Source: a virus (taxonomy: Duplodnaviria; Caudoviricetes). Taken from it: a stretch of 31,949 bases of DNA. A program made the translations under genes and the position numbers. Within the stretch, counting starts at the first letter, position 1, and the number at the start of each line of letters is the position of its first letter. Positions 14,810 through 23,528 of the stretch are shown piece after piece. The stretch covers positions 1-31,949 of IMG/VR virus record IMGVR_UViG_3300006120_000056, one strand, 5' to 3'. A model generated the notes under the pieces. That model did no database searches, was not told where the DNA came from, and saw only the letters and a list, made by a program, of their open reading frames with translations.

Positions 14810-14977
14810 TCAGGCTTTGGGCGCCGACGCCGGCTGCACGCTTTCCAGCACCTTCACCCGGGCGTCGAGCCCGTTGACTGCGGCGGCGAGTGCGTGAAGT
14901 AGCTCTTCCGTCACCAGCGGCACGTCGCGGCCAGCTTCACGCGCGTCGGCGATTAGTTTCTCGATATCCTCAATCAT
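14810..14977 (-). CDS. Small coiled-coil protein, 55 aa (absent from the ORF track)
   Basis: MIEDIEKLIADAREAGRDVPLVTEELLHALAAAVNGLDARVKVLESVQPASAPKA; GAGG upstream; fills the gap between the decoration gene and the terminator. Confidence 0.65.
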   Translation of the reverse strand: MIEDIEKLIADAREAGRDVPLVTEELLHALAAAVNGLDARVKVLESVQPASAPKA

Positions 14978-14986
14978 CGATCAGCC

Positions 14987-15970
14987 TCAGTTCGTCTTGT
15001 CGAGATACGGCCACTTCAGCAGCGCCTCGACGTACCCGTTGGAAGTCACGTTGATGTTGGAGCCGTTCGCCGTCGCGTTGGCCGACATCGTGATGGTGTA
15101 GTTGCCGGACACGCCCTGGATGGACGTGATCGTGGTCGATGCCGGGATGCCGGTGCCCGAGATCGTCTGGTTCGGGTAGATGCCGGCGATCGAGGTGACG
15201 TTCGTCAGCTGGTTCGACCCGTTCACCGTCGTGGCATAGAACGAGTTGTTGGCCGCGGTGATCGTGATGCCGGATCCGGTCGCGGTCGCCGCCAGGGACA
15301 TCGTGACGGCATTGCCGTTGATCTCCTTGACGATGGCACCCGTTGCGATGCCCGTGCCGGACAGCGTCTGGCCGACCGTCAGGAACTTTGCGCCGCTGAC
15401 GTTCGTGAGCACGGCCGACCCGTTGGTCGTGTTCGCGGTAAAGGTCACCGATGTCCGCGCCACATACAGGCCGCTGATCAGCTTGGAGCCGACCGTTGCC
15501 GAGGCCGGCGCGCCGATCTGGCTGGCCGTGGTCGTGGTTTCTGCCAGGTTGCCCTGCGCCGCGGTCGAAACCGCATTCACAAGGCTGGAGCCAGCCCGCT
15601 GGACCCAGATACCGTAGAGGCCGACCGCCGGGAACACGTAGGAGAACGGCCGCGGCGACTGGGTCTTGAGCTCGCCGACGACGCCGCCGAGGAAGAAGGT
15701 GCCGAAGCTCATGCCGCGGTCGGAGGTCGACGTCAGGCACTGGATGGCCTGGTAGCTGTTGTCCCAGACCAGCCCGTCGCCCTGATTGAGGGTCAGCGGG
15801 GCGGAGGTCACATCGAACATCAGGTAGACGAACTCCGCCTCGCCGTCGCCGGCGAAGACCTCTCCCGGTCGCCATTCCTGATAGGGGAACTGCGAGTTCG
15901 AGGCAAAGGGGCCGGCCGGCGCATAATCGCGGACGCCGATCCCCTCGTTCTGGAAAATGGCAATGGTCAT
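14987..15970 (-). CDS. Capsid decoration/cement protein with two inserted tandem beta domains, 327 aa
   Basis: Directly after the major capsid gene; two ~65-aa repeats TT.NGS..LTNV.....GQT/NQT.SGTGI.....TMS..ATA.GS. Confidence 0.6.
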   Translation of the reverse strand: MTIAIFQNEGIGVRDYAPAGPFASNSQFPYQEWRPGEVFAGDGEAEFVYLMFDVTSAPLTLNQGDGLVWDNSYQAIQCLTSTSDRGMSFGTFFLGGVVGELKTQSPRPFSYVFPAVGLYGIWVQRAGSSLVNAVSTAAQGNLAETTTTASQIGAPASATVGSKLISGLYVARTSVTFTANTTNGSAVLTNVSGAKFLTVGQTLSGTGIATGAIVKEINGNAVTMSLAATATGSGITITAANNSFYATTVNGSNQLTNVTSIAGIYPNQTISGTGIPASTTITSIQGVSGNYTITMSANATANGSNINVTSNGYVEALLKWPYLDKTN

Positions 15971-15993
15971 TGGAGGATCCTTTCAGGCCAGCG

Positions 15994-16998
15994 TTACTGC
16001 CAGAGCACCGCGTTGAGGGACGGGTTCATGCAGACCAGGTTGCCGGCCCACGCGAGGATGCGCACGATTGCGTCCTGATTGACGTTCGACCGGTCGCCGC
16101 CGATCACCGAATAGTTCCGCTCCGGAGCGACGACCAGGCTGTAGGTCTCCGGGTTGAGGAAATAGGCGGTATTGGTCGGGATCTGGCCGTTGTAGCCGCC
16201 GTCGAGGATGACGCGGGCCTTCTTGCCGGCGCCGTAGTAGGCGAGCGACGTGAAGCCGGCGCCTGCGTCGCCGTCCGGATCCTCGGTGATCCGCTGGATG
16301 CCCTGCAGATAGGTCAGGAACGCCGTGTAATAGTTGGTGTCGCAGACAATCTGTTCGATACCTTCGCTGTCACGCTTGGCGCCGAGGGTGGCGGTCGCGA
16401 AATACGAGGCGATATTCGACGAGGTCACCACGCCGCGCGAGTCGGTGTTGGCGTTGATCGACACGTTGCGCCACCACGGATAGGCCGAGCGGTCAATGCC
16501 GCCGTAAATGCCCGTGGTCGGCGTCTTGGCGATGGCTGCATTGAGGCCGGTCAGCTGCTTGCCGCTCCAGCCGGTGCCGTCCGAATAGACGGCCGCCGAC
16601 ATATAGTTGCGGAACGTCTTGATGGCGTTGTTGGTGCGCGCGGTGACGAGCTTGATCTGCGCCGCCTTGCCGGAGTTCTGGATTTTCTCCAGTCCAGAGA
16701 CGGTGACAGCAATCGACGCCTGCTTCAGCGGCACGCGCATCGCAGTCATCGTGTCGTTCAGGCTGATATTCAGGGGTTCATAGCCGGAATACCACATGAA
16801 CGTCTGGTTCATGGCATAGGCGAGCTCCTCGACGATCTCGCGACCGCCTTCGAAATCCCGCTTCATGCCGCGCTTCTCGATTTCCTTGAGCAGCGCGTTG
16901 TTGTTCGAAATCAGGTCGTTCAGCTCGCCGGAGCGGGCCTCGAGCGTGGTGGTGACAAGATCACCCCAGTCGACATTGACGTTCAGCGGAGATGCCAT
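15994..16998 (-). CDS. Major capsid protein, 334 aa
   Basis: DLVTTTLE.RSGEL.D.ISNNNALL...GGREIVEEL...YSDGTG...KQLTGL...YGGIDR...NQDA.V..LAWAGNL; follows the scaffold; strongly biased codons. Confidence 0.85.
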   Translation of the reverse strand: MASPLNVNVDWGDLVTTTLEARSGELNDLISNNNALLKEIEKRGMKRDFEGGREIVEELAYAMNQTFMWYSGYEPLNISLNDTMTAMRVPLKQASIAVTVSGLEKIQNSGKAAQIKLVTARTNNAIKTFRNYMSAAVYSDGTGWSGKQLTGLNAAIAKTPTTGIYGGIDRSAYPWWRNVSINANTDSRGVVTSSNIASYFATATLGAKRDSEGIEQIVCDTNYYTAFLTYLQGIQRITEDPDGDAGAGFTSLAYYGAGKKARVILDGGYNGQIPTNTAYFLNPETYSLVVAPERNYSVIGGDRSNVNQDAIVRILAWAGNLVCMNPSLNAVLWQ

Positions 16999-17009
16999 TG
17001 GCTGTTACC

Positions 17010-18068
17010 TCAGACGTTGCCGCCGGCGAGCCGATCGAAGATCGCCTCGGTCACCTTGTGCGGCGGCAGATTTTTGGGGAGCGCGGGCGTGGTCACAGGG
17101 ACGCGGCCGTTGGCGGGAGCGCCGACGACGGTCTTGGCAGCAGCCTTCGCTTGAGTCGCGGCGGCGGCGGCCCTGGCCTGCGGATTGGCCTGCGGAGCGG
17201 TGTCGCGCATGAGGATGGCCCGGATCTCCGGGTTGGCCCAACAGGCGCGGTCATAGGCGTCCTGCAACGTCAGCTTCGGATTGGTGGCGATGAGTTGCCC
17301 CATGTCCGCGCGCACGTTGTCGAAGAAGCGGTTTTTCGGATCGGTTGCGAATTGCCGGATGGCGTCGCTGACTTGACGCTCGGCGAGGACCTGGTCGACT
17401 TCCCGGCGGACATCCGGCGGCTGCTGAGGACCGCGCTGTGGAGTGCCCGCGACCGGCTGTTGAGGGCCGGCCCCACCTTTGCGGGCCTGATAGGCTTGGA
17501 CGAACTGGTCGGTCGTCGCGCCGATATTGGCAAGGACGCGCTCGATCGCGGCGAACGGATCGCGCCGCAGCAGGTTCTCGATGCCGACATATTGCTCGAG
17601 CGCGGCCGGTAGCGTTGTCCCGCCGCTTTCGGCCATTCGAACATATTGATCAAGGCCCGAATACTTGCGGAACCCGGCGTCGATTTCCTCCTCGCGCTTG
17701 GCGACGGCCTCCTTGACCTCGGGCGGCAGGGCATCGAACGCCACTTTGGCCGCGGGCGCCCATCCTGCAGGCGGCCGATGCGTGGTCTGGGTCGCCTGTT
17801 CGGGCTGTGCCTGTTGCTGCTCGCCTGCCGCCGGGGGCTCGGCCTTCTGCGATTGGCCTTCGACTGGCTTGAACCGCCCCTGCACGTCACGCGCGCGCTC
17901 GGCAGCGGTCTTTTCAGACTTCGCCTCGTGCGGCACCACGTCGTCGGCCAGGCCGCCAGCCTTGCGCTCAAGCTCGTCATAAGCCCGCGCCGTGATGTCG
18001 GTCGGCGTCAGGACACTATCGGTCGTCGTCGCGTCCTGAGGTGACGCAACGTCCAATTCGTCAGCCAT
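17010..18068 (-). CDS. Capsid scaffolding protein, 352 aa
   Basis: Acidic disordered N-terminus, RARDVQGRF, PPAGW...F.ALP.EVK....KRE, LQDAYDRACWANP; directly upstream of the capsid gene. Confidence 0.75.
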   Translation of the reverse strand: MADELDVASPQDATTTDSVLTPTDITARAYDELERKAGGLADDVVPHEAKSEKTAAERARDVQGRFKPVEGQSQKAEPPAAGEQQQAQPEQATQTTHRPPAGWAPAAKVAFDALPPEVKEAVAKREEEIDAGFRKYSGLDQYVRMAESGGTTLPAALEQYVGIENLLRRDPFAAIERVLANIGATTDQFVQAYQARKGGAGPQQPVAGTPQRGPQQPPDVRREVDQVLAERQVSDAIRQFATDPKNRFFDNVRADMGQLIATNPKLTLQDAYDRACWANPEIRAILMRDTAPQANPQARAAAAATQAKAAAKTVVGAPANGRVPVTTPALPKNLPPHKVTEAIFDRLAGGNV

Positions 18069-18077
18069 GTTGACCCC

Positions 18078-18449
18078 TTAGAGGATGACGCCGCTCTCGA
18101 CAGGCGGCAAAGAGCTCTCAGCCGCCGGCGCCGGCCGGTAGCCCTGTTCCAATTTCGCGTAGGCTTCTGCGACCTGGTCTTCGGTCACGAACGTGTCGAT
18201 CGGCGCTTTCGGCTCGATCCGCTCGTCGCCGAGGATGTGATAGCCGGCGCGCCGCACGTTCCGTTCGTAGGCGCGTTTCGACGTGACGATTTCGCCGTCG
18301 AGCATCGACTGGAATTCGCAATTGTCCGAGATGATCATCGGCATCGGCAGGTCGGACCGCGCGGACGACCTGACCGGCAGGCACGCGAGTGGCCAGGGCT
18401 CATCGAGCCGGTGCCAGCCCGGACACATGCGGCATTTGCGTTCAGCCAT
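18078..18449 (-). CDS. Small hypothetical protein with CxxC-xxx-H N-terminus, 123 aa
   Basis: MAERKCRMCPGWH...PMIISD...SMLDG...TSKR; start overlaps the portal end. Confidence 0.65.
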   Translation of the reverse strand: MAERKCRMCPGWHRLDEPWPLACLPVRSSARSDLPMPMIISDNCEFQSMLDGEIVTSKRAYERNVRRAGYHILGDERIEPKAPIDTFVTEDQVAEAYAKLEQGYRPAPAAESSLPPVESGVIL

Positions 18450-20649
18450 TCGGCGGCATCCCCTGCGACTGCTGCGCCTGCATGGCGGCCTGCATCTGCA
18501 TTTTCTCGATATCCATTTGGTGCTGGCGTTCGGCGATCGCCATGTCGCGCTCCGCCTTGCGCCCGGCAACATGGTGATCGAGCGCCGCCTGCTGCACCTC
18601 GAGCTGCGCTTTGGTCTGTTCGGCGTTGGCGCGGATCTGCGACGTGGCAATCGTCGCCTTGGTCTTGGCGGCCTCAGCCTGTGTCTTCAACACCTCGTCG
18701 GGCGACGGTTGCGGCGGCGGCTTCGGCTGGCTCAACTGCGCCTGCATCTGTTCAAGCGTGGTTTCGATCGTCTCTTCCAGTTCGCGACCCGTGCGGAAGG
18801 CGCGCACGCCGAACAGCATCAACTGTGCCGCGAGCGGCCCCATCATCGGCTCCTGCTGGATGATCGGGCCCCAGGCCTGGATGAACTGCGTCATCGTCGA
18901 GACGAATTGCGCCCGGTCCTGCTTCTCCTGGCTTTCGTTGCTGGCAATCGTCGAGTCGGTCTCGACATCGACGAGGTAGCGCCGCAGCACGCCATCCTTC
19001 AGCAGTGTCTCGACCTGCTCCTGCGTCGGACCGGGGTTCGGCGGCGGCTGCGGTGCCGGCGGCGGCTGGACGCCGGTATATTGCGCCTGCGCCGCCTGCT
19101 GCTGCCAAGCCTGATAGGCGAGCGCGGCCTGCTGCTGCAGCTGCTGCACCTCGGCGTCGGTCGGCACCTTCATGTTCGAGATCTTGACCAGCGTCGACAC
19201 TTGGAACTGCGTCGCCATGATCTCCGCCGCCATGCGGAAACAGTCGCGCGCCACCCGCTCGATTTCCGCCTGCCGCTCCCGGACGCGGATCGAGCCCCAT
19301 TGCGCCTTGATCGATTGCGCCGTCGCCGTCTCGGATGCCTCGGTGTCGCCGCGCAGAATGTCGCTGATGCCGGTGATCTGGTAGATGTCATCGATCAGCT
19401 GCTTGCGGAGCTCGATGCACTCGCGAATGATGGTCGCGATCTGCTCCACCGGCAGGAACACCAGCGGCGGACCGTCATTGCCCGCAATCTTAAACGCCGC
19501 CCATGACTTGACGCCGATGGCGACATTCTCGACGCCCGGCTTTAATGCCCGCTCGATTTCCGGATAGGCCTCGCCGGACGGACCGGCCGGATAGAAGCCG
19601 ACGACCTTCAGCGACTGCGTCAGGCTTGCGATGCGCGCCGTCAGCGTGTTGATCTCGGCAACCTGGTCCTGGTAAAAAACATAGTCCGGTGTCGGCTCGA
19701 TCGATCCGTTGACGCAGGTCCCATAGGCCGGCTTCGGCGTCGGGAAAAAGCCGGTCACCTTCAGGTGCGGTTCCGATTCCTCAAGGACGAAATCATAGCC
19801 TTGCGCCGCCCAGATGACCTTCTCGTGGGTCCGGTCCCAGATCTCGTAAATGACGGCTTTGGCGTCGGCGCTGTCGTTGTTGGTGCGCTTGCCGTTCACG
19901 TCGTCATCGCCGGCCTTGGCGTCCCGCGGGATCTCGCCGGCGATTTCTTCGCTGAAGCGCGATTTCAGGTCATCGAGCCCAAGGTATGACCGGTAGGCGA
20001 TCCACGGCAGCTCTTCCCATGACCGCGCGACGGGAACAATGAAATCCTCGCGATGGATCCAGTCGAGCCGCACGTGCTCCATGGCGAGCGTCTCGGACGG
20101 CTCGGCCTCGTCGCCGACGTCCTGCTGTTCCTCCGCCTGTTCCTCCGCCGCGACCGCCTCAGCGCCGCCTTCTGCGAAATCATCGATCGGTTCCGGCGCT
20201 TCGGCGGGCTCGAAAACCGGCTCGTAGCGCAGCCGCGGGATACCGCGCGCATAAAGCAGATAGTCGTCGCGGATGCCCTTGAAGCGCGTGTCCCAGTCGC
20301 TGAGGTCGGCATTGCACGACAGGGCGCGCTCAAGCAGCACCGTCGCCAGCCGCACGACCGGATCGCCGTCGCGCCAGCGCGATTGCACGACCGGCTTGGG
20401 CGGATGCGCATAGATCGAGGGCTGCAGCGTCTGGATGGTCGACCAGAAGATCTGATATTGCCGCTGCTCGTTCTTCTGCTTGCCGGCCTCCTGCTGATAG
20501 AGCCGCTGGATATCGCTGCAGCGCTTGCGATAGGCCTCGGCGTCCTTCTGCGCGACCCGGATGGCGTTCAGCCATTGCGTCGCGTCCTTGCGCATGGCTC
20601 CGCCGTCCACGGCATCGTCATCCGTGGCAGCAGCCGTCATGTCGCTCAT
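18442..20649 (-). CDS. Portal protein, 735 aa
   Basis: Follows TerL (ATGA overlap); IYQITGISDILRG..ASETATAQSIK motif; Q-rich coiled-coil C-terminal barrel as in P22-type portals. Confidence 0.85.
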   Translation of the reverse strand: MSDMTAAATDDDAVDGGAMRKDATQWLNAIRVAQKDAEAYRKRCSDIQRLYQQEAGKQKNEQRQYQIFWSTIQTLQPSIYAHPPKPVVQSRWRDGDPVVRLATVLLERALSCNADLSDWDTRFKGIRDDYLLYARGIPRLRYEPVFEPAEAPEPIDDFAEGGAEAVAAEEQAEEQQDVGDEAEPSETLAMEHVRLDWIHREDFIVPVARSWEELPWIAYRSYLGLDDLKSRFSEEIAGEIPRDAKAGDDDVNGKRTNNDSADAKAVIYEIWDRTHEKVIWAAQGYDFVLEESEPHLKVTGFFPTPKPAYGTCVNGSIEPTPDYVFYQDQVAEINTLTARIASLTQSLKVVGFYPAGPSGEAYPEIERALKPGVENVAIGVKSWAAFKIAGNDGPPLVFLPVEQIATIIRECIELRKQLIDDIYQITGISDILRGDTEASETATAQSIKAQWGSIRVRERQAEIERVARDCFRMAAEIMATQFQVSTLVKISNMKVPTDAEVQQLQQQAALAYQAWQQQAAQAQYTGVQPPPAPQPPPNPGPTQEQVETLLKDGVLRRYLVDVETDSTIASNESQEKQDRAQFVSTMTQFIQAWGPIIQQEPMMGPLAAQLMLFGVRAFRTGRELEETIETTLEQMQAQLSQPKPPPQPSPDEVLKTQAEAAKTKATIATSQIRANAEQTKAQLEVQQAALDHHVAGRKAERDMAIAERQHQMDIEKMQMQAAMQAQQSQGMPPNG

Positions 20650-21971
20650 ACGCGGGTGATCCCTTTCGGCCGTTCATTCAGGTCGAAGAACTGATCCCAG
20701 GTCAGTTCGTTCAACGGCACTCCGATCGGCAGCGGCGGCGCCGGCAGCTTCGGCGTCATCGCGCGCCAGGCCATGGCCAAGTAGCGGAACGCGTCGGCGG
20801 CGTGGCTCGTCCAATCGTGGCGCGGCTTGTCTTTGAACGCCTTCAGTTTGTCGTCAAAATCCGCCCGATATTGCCTGAGCGCTTCCAGCCCTTGCGCCGT
20901 CCGCGTTGCATCAAACCAGCAATTCGCCAGCGTCAACCGCGTGGCGTTGATGCCGTCCATCAGCCCGTGATCGGGCACAAGGACCGGCCGGCGGCCCAGC
21001 GCATGCAACGTCTCAATGCGCGTCCGGCCTGTGCCGAGTTCGCGCACCTTGGCGTCATGCGGCACCCAGTCGTCCGCGTATCGATAGCCGCGCTCCCGCA
21101 GCACGCCGGCGTAGTGATCGAGGCCGACGTTGTTCGATTCGTAATAGTCGACGACGCGAACCTCGTTGCCCGCAACCTGAAAAAACCAGATCGCGGTCGA
21201 GTCGCCGACGCCCAGATCCCACGCGGTATGAACCGGCAAATCCGGGCTGACCGGAACGTCGCAGATGCGTCCGGCGCGTTCGGATGCGGCAATCTCCCGC
21301 GCGTAATAGGCTCCGATGATCGCAGCATCGAACGAGCACTCGAATTCCTGCTCGTACTGCTCCGGCGTCATGTCACCGCGCGCGGCATCCAGTTCCGAGA
21401 TCGGCAGAATGCCCGTCTCGGATGCCTTGAGCATCAGGGCGAACCAGTCCGGATGCGACCGCGCCATTTTCCACAGGCGCCAAAATTCATTCTTTCCCTT
21501 TGGCGTGCCGATAAACGTTGCCCATCCCTGGCGATCCGCCAGCATTGGGCGGATGACTTCGCCGAAAACGCCCGCGCGCATGTCGGCAAACTCGTCGAGC
21601 ACCACGCCATCGAGATAGGCACCGCGAAGGCGGTCCGGGTTGTCAGCCCCATGAATGCGGATGCGCGATCCGCCCATGAGCTCAACCCAGAGCTCGGCCT
21701 CGTTCTTGTCGATCGTGATCGGCAGGCTGTAGCGCTTCAGGTATTCCCACGCGACTTCCTTGGCCTGCGCCAGGAATGGGGCAACATAGGCGAACCGGCC
21801 ATGGTCCTGTTTGAGCCCGGAGGCCCGCCGCACCAGATCGTTGATCGTCGCAACCGTCTTGCCGCAGCGGCGATGCGCGACAAGAACCGACCAGCGCTTG
21901 CCGCGATAGTGGAACGGCTTGAACTGGTCGCGCGGCCTATACGGAATGACGATCCGCTTCAGTCCTGCCAC
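20646..21971 (-). CDS. terL: Terminase large subunit
   Basis: Walker A AHRRCGKT, Walker B VVLDEFA, FIGTPKG, nuclease WDLG and HDWTSHAADAFRY. Confidence 0.95.
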   Translation of the reverse strand: MAGLKRIVIPYRPRDQFKPFHYRGKRWSVLVAHRRCGKTVATINDLVRRASGLKQDHGRFAYVAPFLAQAKEVAWEYLKRYSLPITIDKNEAELWVELMGGSRIRIHGADNPDRLRGAYLDGVVLDEFADMRAGVFGEVIRPMLADRQGWATFIGTPKGKNEFWRLWKMARSHPDWFALMLKASETGILPISELDAARGDMTPEQYEQEFECSFDAAIIGAYYAREIAASERAGRICDVPVSPDLPVHTAWDLGVGDSTAIWFFQVAGNEVRVVDYYESNNVGLDHYAGVLRERGYRYADDWVPHDAKVRELGTGRTRIETLHALGRRPVLVPDHGLMDGINATRLTLANCWFDATRTAQGLEALRQYRADFDDKLKAFKDKPRHDWTSHAADAFRYLAMAWRAMTPKLPAPPLPIGVPLNELTWDQFFDLNERPKGITRV

Positions 21972-22462
21972 GTCACCGTCACTTGACCATCAAGCTCGAC
22001 ACGCTCCTTGAACATGCCGATGTGCCTCCCGAGATCCACCAAGGATGCACGCTTGTCATGCAGCTTGAACTTGATCTTTCTGACGACGCGAGCATCTTCG
22101 CCGCGCCCGTCGACAAAATCCTCAACCGTCACCTCGGCAATGGCTGAGGCCTGGTCCCTTGAGAGCTTCGAAAGATCGACGAACGGATCGCCGTTTGATC
22201 CGATCGTGATGTAATCGAGCATGTTGGCGAACCCGATCTTCGCCAGCTCCTCGACGATGCGCTCGGCAGTCACTCCGACACGCTCGGAAATCACTTGCTG
22301 GCGTTCTGCAATCGCTTTGGCGACCGGAGTTTTCCGGACCAATTGCCGACCGATGTCCGATGCCGTCTTTGCGCTGTAGCCGGCCCTGATTGCCGCCTGC
22401 GTCGCATTCAAATCGACCATGTATTCGTCGATGAAACGCAGCTGTTTCGGGGTTAAGGCCAT
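21959..22462 (-). CDS. terS: Terminase small subunit
   Basis: LTPKQLRFIDEYMVDLNATQAAIRAGYSAKTA, the Terminase_2 signature. Confidence 0.95.
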   Translation of the reverse strand: MALTPKQLRFIDEYMVDLNATQAAIRAGYSAKTASDIGRQLVRKTPVAKAIAERQQVISERVGVTAERIVEELAKIGFANMLDYITIGSNGDPFVDLSKLSRDQASAIAEVTVEDFVDGRGEDARVVRKIKFKLHDKRASLVDLGRHIGMFKERVELDGQVTVTWQD

Positions 22463-22521
22463 GATTTCACCTCGCGGTAATTGAGGCCGCGGAAATTCGA
22501 CAGATTTTCTGGAGATCGCCC

Positions 22522-22560
22522 AACAAAAATGCCGCTCGGCATCTGAACGCGAAGCGGCAC
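22522..22560 (-). terminator. Intrinsic terminator upstream of terS (tR'-like)
   Basis: GTGCCGCT...AGCGGCAT (or the short ATGCC-GAGC-GGCAT) followed by TTTTGTT. Confidence 0.6.
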
Positions 22561-22564
22561 GCTG

Positions 22565-22595
22565 TTTTTATTGCGCAACTGCGCAGGAAATTCAA
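22565..22595 (-). promoter_or_regulatory. Putative late promoter with TGCGCA-N2-TGCGCA in the spacer
   Basis: TTGAAT (22595-22590), 17 bp, AATAAAAA. The -10 match is weak. Confidence 0.4.
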
Positions 22596-23146
22596 GCGGC
22601 CCGTCCCGGTGGCTGGAGTTTTTTCGCTCCAAATCCGAAATGCTGGGCGAAGGCGGTCAGCACGGCGCGTAATTTCTCATGCCGGCCATAGTCGCAGTCT
22701 AGATCCTGCAGGCAGACCGCATGGAGGATCGACAGCCCGGCGGGGCCGGCAGCCCTGACAGCAAGGGTCTGGGCAGTTGTCCTGCGATCATCCAGAGCTC
22801 GAGCGGCGTCCGGGTCGCCGTCGGGGCCGGGACCGGCGAGGGCGCCGAGCCTCTGCGCTGCAACGGTCTCCCGCGGCAGGCCCATGGCTCGGCGGCACCG
22901 GTCATCCAGGATGGCGTATTCGAGGCCAGCGCTGAGCTGCTGGTCGGAGATGACGCCGGTCAGGTTGAGCCGCCCAAGAGAGCTGCCCCACAGCCCGTGC
23001 TGCGCCTCATGGCGCGCCAGAGACCGCATGCGGGCGATGTCTGCCGGCCCATAGAGCGATTGGGCCGCGTCGACTGCTGTGGCGCGGCTTAGCTGGCCAC
23101 TGGGCGTGCGAATGCCTGGCTTCCGTTTACGTCCTCGTTTGGCCAT
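22592..23146 (-). CDS. Putative late transcription regulator (Q position), 184 aa
   Basis: AGGAGG RBS; basic N-terminus MAKRGRKRK; SSLGRL...GVISDQQLSAG..Y; last gene before terS. Function is inferred from position only. Confidence 0.55.
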   Translation of the reverse strand: MAKRGRKRKPGIRTPSGQLSRATAVDAAQSLYGPADIARMRSLARHEAQHGLWGSSLGRLNLTGVISDQQLSAGLEYAILDDRCRRAMGLPRETVAAQRLGALAGPGPDGDPDAARALDDRRTTAQTLAVRAAGPAGLSILHAVCLQDLDCDYGRHEKLRAVLTAFAQHFGFGAKKLQPPGRAA

Positions 23147-23206
23147 CAGTCCCTCCTGCTCGACTGGCACGGGCAGGCGGGAAGGTCGATTCAGTGCAGC
23201 ACGGCA

Positions 23207-23236
23207 GAAATGGCTGATTTGGTGGATAATTGTCAA
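23207..23236 (-). promoter_or_regulatory. Putative promoter with a DnaA-box-like 9-mer in its spacer
   Basis: TTGACA at 23236-23231; TTATCCACC at 23229-23221 (8/9 match to TTATCCACA). Confidence 0.45.
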
Positions 23237-23259
23237 ATGAGGTAGCGAAGTTGAAATAG

Positions 23260-23510
23260 GGGATTATGCGAGATACATCGAAATCCCGCTTTATTTTCGA
23301 ATTTCATTATATAAATCATATATATATTAGATATTAGAGAATTAGAGATATATACCATACCTTCTATATGGTTGTAACAATTTATATATATACAACCATA
23401 TAATTTTGTTCTTATATACGTAACAATTTTGCATTTCGATCAAGATATTGATTTATATAATAAAATAACAAAAAAATGCGGGAAATCCCGCATTCCCGCA
23501 TTCTCGCTTT
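23260..23510. other. AT-rich, repeat-rich island; candidate replication origin
   Basis: Very AT-rich in a high-GC genome; 12-bp inverted repeat TATATGGTTGTA/TACAACCATATA (23365-23402); AATGCGGGA-AA-TCCCGCATT (23475-23494); directly downstream of the primase gene. Confidence 0.65.
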
Positions 23511-23528
23511 CCCACGCTGAAATGCGCT

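Noticed and set aside
15971-15996. Readthrough or frameshift fusing the capsid to the decoration protein
   Set aside because: The 23-nt gap is out of frame, there is no slippery site, and the downstream gene has its own AAAGGA RBS.
22324-22337. CCGGA-GTTT-TCCGG in terS as a pac site
   Set aside because: A 5-bp GC-rich inverted repeat is expected by chance; pac cannot be located without read termini.
23147-23236. TTG-start extension of ORF 22592-23236
   Set aside because: The TTG is part of a TTGACA box; the ATG at 23146 has a strong AGGAGG.
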